This document shows positions 26,147 through 38,800 of a stretch of DNA of 64,000 nt, in pieces. The notes beneath the pieces were generated by a model. The model saw only the letters and a list, made by a program, of their open reading frames with translations. It was not told where the DNA came from and did not search any database. The translations under genes were made by a program, and so were the position numbers. Each line of letters opens with the position of its first letter. Within the stretch, counting starts at the first letter, position 1. Source of the stretch: Orbicella franksi (Eukaryota); contig OZ116698.1 of the NCBI GenBank assembly GCA_964199315.1, positions 19,902,001 through 19,966,000 of the forward strand. Reading direction: 5' to 3'.

Positions 26147-27025
26147 ATGAGCAGCTGGTACTGGAATGTTGGATGGCTTCCTTCAATACTGGCTGTTGTT
26201 GGAAACGGTCTTGTTATCTACTTGATTCTCGCACGCCGTATTCTTCGCACGACTGCCAACAGATTTGTCCTGTCGCTTGCAATAGCTGACTTAAGTGTTG
26301 GTGCATGTTTCTATCCGGGACAAGCGATATGCCACTTTGTACTCACTTCGTGCAATGAGATGATCAGAGACGATATTGCAGTGTTGATGATTTACTCTTC
26401 AGTCTGTAATCTTTTTGCCATGACTCTCGATCACTATATTGCCATCACCCGTCCTCTTCGCTACACATTACTTATGACTGCTAGACGCGTCGCAGTTGTA
26501 ACAGCCGCGGCGTGGATAATTCCACTGTCATTCTACTTCATCCCGTCCGTTTGTGCCAGTTTGGGTTTATTTCGCATAGACTTTAAGGTCAGCGTAATCA
26601 TCTGGACGACACTGTTCGAGTTTATTCCTTGTCTAGTGTTACTCCTAGTAACCGTGCGGAATGTGATAACCTCACAGAAACACAGCCGCCGCGACACACT
26701 ACTGAATATACAACTACGTCACAACCAACCAAATATGAAACGTCCTCGATCAGCTTCTTCTACGAAAGTGATAACAACTGTGGTAGTCACATTTCTGATT
26801 TGTTATTCGGTAGAGGTTTACAGCTCATTTTGTCATTTTACGTCATTATGTGTGATGAACCAAAACTTGTACAATGTAGTGCGCTTTCTAGTTATCATTA
26901 ATTCTGCTATTAATCCCATCGCTTACGCGTTATTAAAGCGCGATATTAAAAAGGAACTCCGTAAAATGTTCCGCCAAAAACCTGTTTGGAAAAGACGCAA
27001 TTCTGAACGAACAACTAGTGTGTAG
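26147..27025 (+). CDS. Intronless rhodopsin-class (class A) GPCR, aminergic/adenosine-like orphan, 292 aa
   Basis: Seven hydrophobic segments; GNxLV (TM1), SLAIAD (TM2), LDHY (DRY position), PLRY (ICL2), NSAINPIAY (NPxxY). Confidence 0.92.
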   Translation: MSSWYWNVGWLPSILAVVGNGLVIYLILARRILRTTANRFVLSLAIADLSVGACFYPGQAICHFVLTSCNEMIRDDIAVLMIYSSVCNLFAMTLDHYIAITRPLRYTLLMTARRVAVVTAAAWIIPLSFYFIPSVCASLGLFRIDFKVSVIIWTTLFEFIPCLVLLLVTVRNVITSQKHSRRDTLLNIQLRHNQPNMKRPRSASSTKVITTVVVTFLICYSVEVYSSFCHFTSLCVMNQNLYNVVRFLVIINSAINPIAYALLKRDIKKELRKMFRQKPVWKRRNSERTTSV

Positions 27026-29466
27026 GGGCAGTCGTTGTTTATAAACTGCTCGGCAAAAAAAATCTTGAAATGAATTTTACATTTCGTCATCTAGACAAAA
27101 TAGATAAAATAAACTGTCCAAGAAATATTGAGAACATTTTTCAATCGCATATTGCAATGAATTTTGCCTTGCATTTCAAAATATAAATGAGTAATCTTAA
27201 AATCAGTAGAGCACGTTGATTGAAGTTTTCATTGGCTTGTGAATTATATCTACATAATGAACACTGGTTCCATATTGCAATTGTTTCCACTTTTCCTTTC
27301 GTTATCTGTGCTTTCGTGATCAGTTGTAGCAAAGTACGGTTTCTGTCCGTTCTCAGTTCTCCCGTGGAAAAAATAAAATTTTGGCAAGCATCTCAGTGGA
27401 AAACTGGACAAGCACTCATGTGTTTTAAGGCAAGGGTGATTTTCGCTGCTAGTCAATAAACGTTACATTTCACGTGGTTTTATTGGCGCAGAAATATGCT
27501 GTATCTACTGTATCTACTTTCTTATTAGTCCGTGCTAATAGCGATGTCTAATACATGACCCAGTTTTCAATTACAAGTAAAGAGGAGATTGCATAGTTAT
27601 TTATATTTTGAAATTGTTCCGATAACAAACTCTGTCAAAGATGAAAGAAGTGCTTCTGAAGAAATTATCGTGTTTTAATCTGAGCTGATTAATCGGGAAA
27701 AGAATTATTTATTCACTGTTGCAAAGTTTTTTCTTTTTTTCATTCCTTACACTAAATAAATACTTCGTACAACATCAGTGCACTGTACTGTGTCATAAAA
27801 ACCAGAATATCTTACTTATAATTATTAGTGGTATTATAACAAAGGACCATCACCTCGCAGAAATGACATTTGAAAGAAGCTAGGAAATTATGCATGGCCA
27901 AATCGTGATCGTCTGAATTGAGGTTTATTTAAGGCAAATCGCTTCCTGTTAAAACGGCAGCGTGCATTAAATTAACGGACACCGGAACTGGTAATTTATT
28001 GTCTCCGTAAAAGTAATGATAAAGAAAATGTATTAATAAAAAATAGACACATTTTAAGAACAGCATGGTAACGCTAACTTTTTCATTTCCTAAACCTCCT
28101 GAATTGAAAACACAGACGAACTAAATGTATTGTTGTTGTTTGAAATGGCTACCGTAAAGTCAAATTGGGCATTTTTTTGTTTCCTTTGAGATAAGCAACA
28201 TGGAAAGATGACGTTTTATCACATGGTAATTAGGCCATGATCTCATATCCAAACAGCCGCTGTCTCAGATTTCTTGATCTTTTCAGAACGAAGAAAGCAA
28301 CCAAAACTGGCTCAGAAGAAACCAAATCAACGAATCAATCATAAAAGTACTTAACAATGTACAAAAATTGTTGATAAAAAACATTCCAAATTTGGAAAAA
28401 AACATGCCTGGCTGTCAAAACGTGGTTCGAAAAGTTAAGCCGTTCTCAGTAAAATGAACGTTTCACTAAATTTTTTGTAGATAATTTTTTCAGATAAAGT
28501 TGCAAAGATCGGCATCTTTTAGCAAATGAAGATTCAGCGGATTTCGTTCATCCGGTGTGGGCTTATAATTAAGTCTCGGTGTTTGAGGGAGGGGGTAGGG
28601 AACGCTCTGGCAATGCAATCGCTTTGGAAACGCACGGAATACCGGTGCCAAGCGACTAAAAGCTAATTGAATGAGGAGACTATATATATAGGGGAGGGGG
28701 GAGTGGGGTTATAACCGGTGTCTTATAATATGTCTAGAGTGGTGGATCGACACGTTTTAGGGGAAATGATTTATTGTTCGGTCTAATGATAAAACCGACG
28801 TTTCGATGTCCTCATGACGCCATTGTCAAGGTCACAGCTTAAAATCAAGGAATACAAATAAAAAACAAACTGCTAACCGTTTTATACTTCTGATGATGTA
28901 TGTAGAAGCATATGAAACGTTAAGTTCTCAAATCAAGGTTTTTGTAGCATGCGTTGTTTTGTTACGTTTGTGACCGCAGTTTGTTTTTTATTTTTACTCA
29001 AGCTGAAATGGTCCAAGAATAAGAGTTTCTACGATAAGGAATACAAATTCTCCGTGTTAATGAAGATGTAAAATGAATTTACATAATGAGTGCGAGGCAA
29101 AATTATACAAATATTTTTGCCCGAATTGAGACGCTTTGCACGTTCCGAGTTGGTTTTAATTCTTCAATGAATAACATCTCGTGCGGTAAGCAATCGTACA
29201 GTAAATAGTAAATTATATTTCCGCACTATATAGAAAATCTGAGTTACTTTTTTTCAGGATCAGGTAGATTGGGTGCTGTACAGACCATTTATAAAGTTCC
29301 CGCTATGGCAGTAGATTACGCATGTAATAGTCCTTCTTACCTCTGCAGGCATCATTAGCATCACCGTCTGAAAACGTACATATTTGAAACAGTCTCGGCA
29401 AACTGCTAGAAACATCAAAGGGCTTTTGTTTGGTGTGAAACTGAAACTCACGCGATATCTATTTTA

Positions 29467-29477
29467 GGGGATTCCCC
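29467..29477 (+). promoter_or_regulatory. NF-kB-type site GGGGATTCCCC upstream of TNFR-1a (10-mer retained at 42507-42516)
   Basis: Exact match to the classical MHC class I kB element; function not demonstrated. Confidence 0.55.
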
Positions 29478-30692
29478 CTTCTCGTTCCCATTGCAGCCTA
29501 TGAGCATTAACCTCGATTTGGCGGAATGCTAATTAGTTGTTCCGGGTTGGCCTGTTGTCGGTAACAGAAGAACGTTCTGCAAACTGCTGACTAAAATTAA
29601 GACATGTGAAAGCATCCCTCGCTCGTTACGACTACTACCAGAATATAGCCGGGTATTAACAGGCTACATAGCACTGAGGAGTCACTGTGAGGTGCAAGTA
29701 CGCTCAGTGCAGTGGCCGATTTACACTGCGACGAAGTCAATGTTGCATGGTGCGTATGTTGAAGCGTCTGGAGTGCTGGGTTAATATTTTGGCCTGGAGA
29801 ATTTGTCGTGCAGTTGGAATAGCACCAGCTATTGGTAGGTCTATGTCATATTTACTTTCTCCAGTTATTGAACACTGAACATTTCAAAGGGAAATTTGTA
29901 TATTTAACCTTATAACTTGTACATGTTGAAGGAATCTCGACCATTACATCAAACACACAGGAACATCAACATTTTCACGGTCAAACAGATTTTTCTGTCA
30001 CGGAAATTCAGAAAGTTACGATTATGTCAGCTGACTATGTGATTGATAAAGACCAAGACCTAAAAAAATATCGCGTGTATCAGAGAAAACGGTTTCTTCA
30101 TTGTTCATCGATGTTTCGTCGCTTTCAAGATTTCACGGTTAGATGGTTCCAACGTGGTGTTATGAAAAAGTTGTTTCTCGGCGTGTCGTGATCTGATTGG
30201 TTCATAGAGTACAGGTAACGTAGGTCGTTACCTTTACCCTTACGTAAGTCGGGTTTGTTTATTATTGTAACGCTACATTGAAAAACACCGCGATTTTAGC
30301 TCCAAATATGCAAATATGCATGCAGTCGGTCTGGCACATCATGCGACCTCTGTGACACAAATTCCTAACAGGTGCAGAATGCACGTGAGAACAAAAACCC
30401 AGAAAAAAAGCGTCGATTTAAATACGTCTAGTGTTATTTAGAAGGTACAATACAACACCAGTTCCTATCAGTCAATAGAAATCAGTCTGTTGGTATACAG
30501 GCTCGCAGACCTTAATTCAAAACGTTTGGAGCGGAAGAAGTGCCTCTTCAATACTTTCGTTAGTTTGAGTATGTTTTGCTTGTTATTGACTTCCTTTTTT
30601 AGTGAGTCGACCATCTTTATTTGAACTCATTTTCATTTTTAATAACAGAATTGCACAATCTTTAGCAAGACGCCAGAAGCAAACCTATATCA

Positions 30693-33467
30693 ATGGCTAT
30701 CCCTGAGTTGAAAGTGCTACTGCTCGTGATTTGCAGTGTCCTGTTATTGTTGGTAAGCGAGACTTCTTACTTACCTTAGTTCAGGTATTCATTCTCTGAA
30801 TCGAAACTCGTTCATTTGTCATCGACCCGGTCAGTAAAAGGAATAATTTTCCATTTCACACCAAACCAGTGACGGCAGTTGCACAGTGACGGCAGAGCGT
30901 AATTTTAAGTATTGTGGGAAAACTGGCAAGGGTATCACTCCTGGAGGGGAAGAGGGTATACTAAGGAAATGTGTTCTTAACACAGAAACTATTTTACATG
31001 TTTTATCTGAAAAACTATTTTCTCGGTTATTTATCGGTCTTGAAAGTGTGGGGACTTTGTTCCTCCCCCCACCCCACCCTTTCCCCCACCCATGCTGTTA
31101 TACCGTTTAAGTTCCCAGATAGATGTGATCACGTGGTTTTCGTTTTCTGATTGTCGCTATTAAAAACTTAACGCATCATTTTCTCTGATTTTTTGCATTT
31201 GTTATGGTGATAGAATGAGGCAATGTGGCAGTGGCGGTGGTGGAGACTGGACAATAGTAGTGTTGGTGGCACGGCCAGCTGTTCTGGGAACCAAATTTTA
31301 ATCCGCAATGACAGCAAGGCGACCGTATGCCAGCCCTGCCCTATTTGTAGCGAAGGCACGATACTTTCGCCGCCATGTGGCAGCATATTGACCCAGGACA
31401 CAGTTATCGAGTGCAAGCCTTCTCTTACGAAGGTACTGATTGAAAGCAAGCGGAAGAAGTCTGAACACGAGAAGTCTCCCTCGTACAAACGAAAAAGGAT
31501 TGCCCACCATGGAAATAGTAAAGATGATGGTAGCATCGGCTCCCAAAATGTAAACCGGACTGCCTGGCCATCTCTGGACGTAAGTGACATCTCTGATGAG
31601 GAGGAACTTGAAGACTCAAATCTACCGGAAACAGCAGACTTCCACAGCTTCCTTAGTCCTACACAAGATGTTCAAGGAATGACCACAGTTACTCCTCCAA
31701 CACAAGCCTTTTTATCGAAAGCTTTTCATCGCTGGAGACAAAGACGAGCCGCCCAACCTCCGAATGCACGCCCTCCCGCAGAAGCGAAGACTTTGTCAGA
31801 GCAGCCGATCTCAGAACAGATAAATAAAGAATCATGCAGTTTCACAGCGAGCATCAGTTGTGTACTAGGAGGTTTTCTTGGAACATCGCTGGCATGCCTT
31901 CTGTCTGGATCAGCACTGGTATGGCTTTTGTGGAGTCTGCAGAAACGTAGAGGCTGGTATAGGTGGAATGGCACAGAGCTACCAGAAAGCGAAGTTGAAG
32001 GTAAGAATTATTTTACCGAAAAGTCGAAAATATTGGCCGAAAATACTTGAAGATCATCCTAAAAGCGAACTGGCCAATAATTAGCAGTGGGTGAGTTGGA
32101 AATGGGTCTGGGAATGCTACCTCTCTGTCCTCCCCTCCCCGACAGTATTTGTGACAGATCGAAAATACACTTAAAACACGACCGAACTTTTTACAAGAAC
32201 CACCACATCAAACTCCCTTTATTCCGAATGTTTCCAACGTGACCCTTGCACTTTCCATTTGCACACGGTATGACGTAATACATGCGGGAAAAACGGCTAC
32301 ATATGGGAGTAAAACTACCTTCCTTTCCTCTGCACCCCGTCTTCTAATTTTACCATCCCAATGTTTTTTTGGTTGTCTGATAAACTTTGATGCAACACTT
32401 TATTATTTTATACAGAAATGCCTGGCTACTACGAGAAGGTGGACTATTTATATGCTGTCAACCTTAAACGTAAGTAACAATGGACATTCTTACCGATGTC
32501 ACGCAATATGAACAATATTTTTGAAATTTTCAAATAAAGAAAAAAAACCCTCGATAGATCGATTTATCATGCCGAGTTAAGTAAATATGTGAAGTTTCAT
32601 AAGAATATGTTGCAAACTCGTGAAAATATGGGACCCCAAACTTGCCAATATTTTACAAAGAACTGTATGCCAGAGGGCAATCGGGGCAATGACGTTTAAG
32701 AAATTCGGCTCAAAAAAAATCGAATGTCGAGGCTTGAAGAAGTCAGATCGAAGCTCAACTATAACTTTAAATTTGGTAACAATATTTGTTTGGGGATTGC
32801 TTTTTCCGTGTTTACATAGCCTCATTTAAACACGAGGGGATTCGGAGTTCTGCAAGCCCGAGACGCAGTCGAGGGTTTGCATAACTTTCGAGAATACTTC
32901 CACACTCCCCCCCTCCCCTCTCCCAAGTGTTTAGATAGCGCACTCTATTGCTTTTATAAAACATTTCTCAATTGGGAATACGCGCGAATCTAAAACGTCA
33001 CAACCGTGTTTACATTCTCTCATCTAAACAAACTTATCGACCAACGGGACCGCACGTACTAGTATCTAAGTTAAAAAAAGGTATTTCATACAGACATTTA
33101 TAATGGATGTCCTTCCTTACGCTCGGTTTTTACTTATTCTCTTTTAGACCTTAACCTGTCCGAGATGCCTCCTGATCTTGATTACCTTCTTGTTAAGACT
33201 CTCGATGTGCGCCGCAGGGGTGAACGTCGCTATGGCTGGCAAAAGGTCGGCGCTGCATTCAAGATTTCCAAGGATGACCTTGAATACCTAAATATTGAAT
33301 ACAGAAGGGATAACGGCAGCCCTACCAGTACGCTTTTATCAATACTCGGAACTCAAGGCAAAACAGTATCTGACCTGGTGAATGTATTGAGGAGTCCCAA
33401 AGTAAAACTCCCTAATGTCGCTTCTCAAATAAGACGATATATAAAAGAGGCGAATAAATTCCAGTAG
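30693..33467 (+). CDS. TNF receptor superfamily member with one cysteine-rich domain, TM and death domain (TNFR-1a; EDAR/TROY-like)
   Basis: Exons 30693-30752 (MAIPELKVLLLVICSVLLLL, phase 0), 31214 or 31232 to 32000 (CQPCPICSEGTILSPPCG, stalk, TM; phase 1), 33148-33467 (death-domain-like: GWQKVGAAFKI...SPTSTLL...TVSDLVNVL). Joined frame is open. Confidence 0.85.
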
Positions 33468-35857
33468 CTCAGTCTGACACGCTGGAATAATCCTGGGCGA
33501 AGTAACTGACACATTGTAAATATTATTTTTGTAAGATAGTTTAACACTGACTAGTTTATGTGATTTTTTGAAAAAAAAAAAAAACGAGTTAATAATAAAC
33601 TTGAAAAAAATTGGAAATACATTTTTCTTTGCGAGTTTTTCATGTACATTTATATGGATCTTCCGTCTAAACGAATCACAATGTAGCAGCAATAATTGCG
33701 TGAATGAATAAATGAATGAATGAATGAGTAAATGAATGAATGAATGATATATTTAGATAAATTTTTTTCTGTTATCTTGACATTTGCCTTGGAATTTACC
33801 CCTAACAAAGTTTGAAAACGCACCCATCTAATCTTACGCCCAAACAAATCATTATAGACTAGCATCATAATATGATCAAACGCGACAAGTCTCGTGAAAA
33901 AAACAAAACAAAACAAAACAAAACAAACAAACAAACAAACACTGACAAGCAAGAGTGAACAGAAAGGTTAAGAGTATGCAGACTTACCCTGATTGTTTAC
34001 GCAAAATGAATTATTGAATCCCCAATCGAAGTTCTTGAAAGTTGAGATGGTTAAGAGTTCTGGGCGTTTTGCCAAGGACAAGTGTTGGCTACCGAAACCC
34101 AATCATCTAGAACCTTCGACCTCAAGTGGTATTATCGAATTTTTCCTAGAAACCCATGTCGACTGATTTACGTAATTGAACGGTTGAACGTCATTTTAGG
34201 GTTGCCAGGGTTCACCGTAATTATTCTTTCGTTTCCTAGAACATAATCTGTACTTCCGCTGGATATCTTGTGAGAAAAACAGCAGAAGCTTCAATGAGAA
34301 GCCACTCTTAATTTAAAGAATCGCCGGTACCTTTTCTAAAGAGCCAAACCGGGTTCTCTCATTCCCTGTTTAGCTTCCGTATAGACGACGTGGCATACCT
34401 TGTTTGTTGCGAGGAGTTCAGTTCTCGGGAAACGGAAAAGCTCTATTCATATCAGTAAGGTACGTTTGTTTGTTGTTAGCTTTACCGTGCTATAACATAT
34501 GCAGTAAAGAGGCGGTAATTGTTTAAGTTAAGACCGCCCTTATAGTTAAGCTAATCGTCTGAAACAGATGCACGCTCCATCACAAGGGAACACATTGTGT
34601 TGAAAATTATGTACTGAGCGGGCCTTCTAATTCATGATCGATGATCGATGGTGACCAAGGAGATGTCAAAAGAACACGAACTTTCGAAATTGCTCTTTTC
34701 TCTTAACTTTAATGGCTGGTTTTAATGATTTCGTGTTGTGAATTGCTTTTACTTCACTCGGTAGACCATGAGTGGGCGGATATTTGTTTGGAGTGCATCT
34801 ATTTCTCAGGTTCCTGTGCAAGTATTATAACGTTATATTATAAAAATGTTAGTTTAACATGAGGAAAAATGGGATCGATGTGTATTGGTTACGCTTGATA
34901 TAAAGCCATACAACTTATGTGATCAGGAATTACTAAGCCGTGGTTACGACAAACTGCACAAACCTAGCTTCAGGCTGAAAGGTCTGTCGTGTAACAGTCA
35001 AAGTTGTCAAAACGCCAAAAACGATATTTAGACTGCATTCATATTACTGAAGTTCGTTTCACAGTATCAATTGGTCGCCGGAAGATTAGAACCCGAGCAC
35101 TATCCTACCGATAATTCTTTGCCAACGATTAATATATATATGTATTATATATTCAGAATACACTTTCTGAAGCTTAAGTATAATTACATGCATAATATGA
35201 ATGTTATTGTTTTCATATTCAAAAATTGTTCGGTTTGTCGTTTTCAAAATGGTTTTGATTTCGAAACCAGTCACCTAAAATGTTATTATTTAATATAGAT
35301 ATTTATTTCTTTTTTTTTATTATTTTTCATCGACAATGGTGAATTGAAGGGTCATTAGCTATACTTCCGCTTACCAACCGGTAACAAAACTTCTGTTTGA
35401 AGAACTTAAATAGACCAGTGTTTTTATCACAGGAATCTACATAAGGTTTCCGCTTCTCGTTTGGTTTGCATTGGTTTATTAAACAACAAAACACTAGAAT
35501 TGGACAAGTACGTTCCAAATAACATAGTGTTATGATGTGAAGAATTTTGAGCAACTTGGAGGAACTGATGTCTCGAGTCAGTATGGGAGCGGAAATTGTT
35601 GGGGAATTCAGAGAATACTAACACTTTAGTTATACCACTGCACATGCAGGAACGTAAGAGAGAATACAGTATACTCCAAAGCTAATATCAGTATACAGCT
35701 AATACACAAAACCGAATTCGAAAGGAAACGGCGCTGGAATCTGTAGGAACGAAAAATAATACGGTTTCAAAATTTGTAGACATTGAAAACCCCATTTTAA
35801 CCAAATTGTCGCATTTTAGTATCTTTCAGGGCAACTCAACTTGAATCTCTATTAAGG

Positions 35858-38800
35858 ATGATGGAATTAGAAGTGGAGCTCCTGGTCAAACTATTATTTA
35901 TTTTTGGATTATTGTTCTTACTTTGGGTAGGTCAAGCTGTTGTTATACGATTTGTATGTACAAGCAAAGAAGAATTATCAATAATCGCTTTTACACTTGG
36001 AGTATTAATATACAGCATGTATGGTAGCCAAATAGATTAAGCTGAAGCCTTTAAGATACTACAATTGAAATACCACACAGAGCATCATCATTATAATAAA
36101 TTTCATCAGCAGAATGTGGCTCTCAAACTATGCTTTGAACTGCAATTCTTTTTTGTGTTACAGGTGAAAGGCTAGCTGATATATGTAATGTGATAAGTAC
36201 ATCACTTCGAATTATTGGAACGATAAGATACATATATGCTATCGAGTCGTTTCTTTTGAATAGACATGGGACGATCGTAAATGTCATGGCAAATACAGGA
36301 TGATCAAAACTCATTAGCATGGGTTCAAGAGTTTTTGGTTCGCGTTGATAGATATACACAATGAATTGTTAACTACCCTGAGTGAAATAATTTTGTCTTT
36401 GTTTCCACTGGTTTGGCCGGTTAGATATGATCCTTCTAAGAGGATCTAAATCACACTGTCATGCCAAATACAGGATGATCAAAACGCATTAGCTTAAGCC
36501 CAAAATGTTTTGGTTCAGGACGCTAGACTACAAAATGAACAAATAACTACTTTGAGTAAGATATATTTTTTTTCATTGTTTCCTCTGGTTTGGTCGGTTA
36601 GGTATGGTCCTTCTGGAAAGATGTACAAGACAACAACGAATTTTATCCAGATGGCCTTGAACAATGTCCTCAAGAGACGTACACGATTCTTGAAAATGAC
36701 AGTAGCAATAGTAGCAGGATCAGGTGCTTATCCTGCCCTGTATGTCCACCAGGGGAGGAACCATCACCACCATGTGGTATAACATTGGTCAGAAGGGCAG
36801 CTGGTGAGTGTACTTCCTGCAGTCCAGGGACTTATTCAGATGAGACTGGCAGTACTGCCTGTAAGGTATGCTCTGTTTGTGACTCCAGGAAGATTATCAA
36901 CTCCTGTACTGCACAGAAAGACACAGAATGCAAGGACTGCCCATTGAGGCACTACGAAGACGATAATAAACGTACTTGCAAGCATTGTTCTTCCTGCTGT
37001 GGTAAAAATTATTCCGCTAAGTTGGAATGTTTCAAATCACAAAAGTGCAAGGGTAACTGCACCAGGAAAACAAACATTATGAAAAAACATTTTAGCACTA
37101 TTTTTAACAGGCTGGTTGCAAAACATATAAATGATCCCTACAACACTACCTCTATTTCAAATGGTAACAGCCTACCTAAAGAGGGTGAGGAAAATTCAAA
37201 GTTACTTGAAAGCGTTATAGATTACAAACAAGAAGACCTTACGCATTTGGAGACTAAACGCGACATCAGTGTTGAAGTTGCTGCACAAGAGGAGTACAAG
37301 GACAGCACCAACAGCCAAACAAACTTTGAGCTTCTGGAGATACCTGAGATCAATAAATACGTTCAAGAGGAGGCTGATATTTTGGGAAAGAAACAAGACC
37401 CTTCACCTACGAAAAACAGTACTGAACTCACTAATACCTTGGCTAATGAGGATAGAGAGCAGACTGCTCCTCAAACATTTCCAGACAAAGATTTCAACTC
37501 CGTTCAACCAACCGTATCTTCCCCAACTACAACAGAAAGTGAATTAGGACACCTGACACCACAAAGCCCAAAGACCCTGCCATCGGCAGCTCAAACTCAA
37601 TTAATAGTCCCAGGTTTCTTTCTAAGTAGCTTTGTTGGAACTATTGCTGCAGTCCTTTTGCTTGGTCTGATGGGACTATTAATATACCACGTATACAAGA
37701 AGCGGGTTAACAGAATGCCCAAGGGTTACGAGAAGTTAGGCAGCACATCAAAGCTTGAAGNNNNNNNNNNNNNNNNNNNNNNNNNNNNNNNNNNNNNNNN
37801 NNNNNNNNNNNNNNNNNNNNNNNNNNNNNNNNNNNNNNNNNNNNNNNNNNNNNNNNNNNNNNNNNNNNNNNNNNNNNNNNNNNNNNNNNNNNNNNNNNNN
37901 NNNNNNNNNNNATGAGGAAGTAGCAGATCCCATTAAAATAGTGCTCAATACACATATAGTGTAGAGCTGAGTATATGAGTAATAACGAAGAGGCAAGATT
38001 TGCTGTTACTCCGAGTTTCGTGCTTACGCACTCATCAGATAGTATTTAAATACTGTCTGATGAGTGCGTAAGCACGAAACTCGGAGTAACAGCAAATCTT
38101 GCCTCTTCGTTATTACTCATATAGATTTATAATTATATTTTATATTATAATATATATTTATACATTTATTATTATCATTATTATTATATATTATTATAAT
38201 AATAGTTATTATTATTATTTGGCTGTTGTTGTTGCAGATCTTAGCTGACACTTGTTATAGCATAGTATTCAATCCAAACACTCTGTACTTATTCAGTCCT
38301 AGTACTTTAGCACTAGCTGAATAGTGGATTAATTCAAGGCTTGAGAAACAGGATGAATTGAATGGGCTGCAGATGCCAATTTTGTATATCGTCTCTTATC
38401 AGCAGTTTATTTGTTATTTCTTTTTTAACTTCTTGTGTGTAAGTTGAGCTTTCACTCTCAAGCCAATTTAAAACAATTACTTGATGTCACTCACAAACAG
38501 GTGACAGCTGTGCAAAGAGTGCTCTTCAAGAGGTTGACTCTCTATAACGAAGATATTGAACAATATTTATTAATTCTTCTTATTTTGAATTTATCGAAAG
38601 ATGATTCAGCTGATGAGTTATCGGACAAAGAAGGCAGGAATGAACTTCGGGATGAAACTGCTGCTGCCACAGAATTGGAAGGTAATGAGGAAATCATAGC
38701 CTTTAAACATTATAGCTTTAGACAACGTGAATTAGCTTAGAGTACAGCCTGATAGTAGTTTGAAAACTAATTCTGGCCAGAATATACCCCTCACCCCCCG

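Noticed and set aside
37707-37996. ORFs spanning the N run
   Set aside because: Artefacts of translating the assembly gap.
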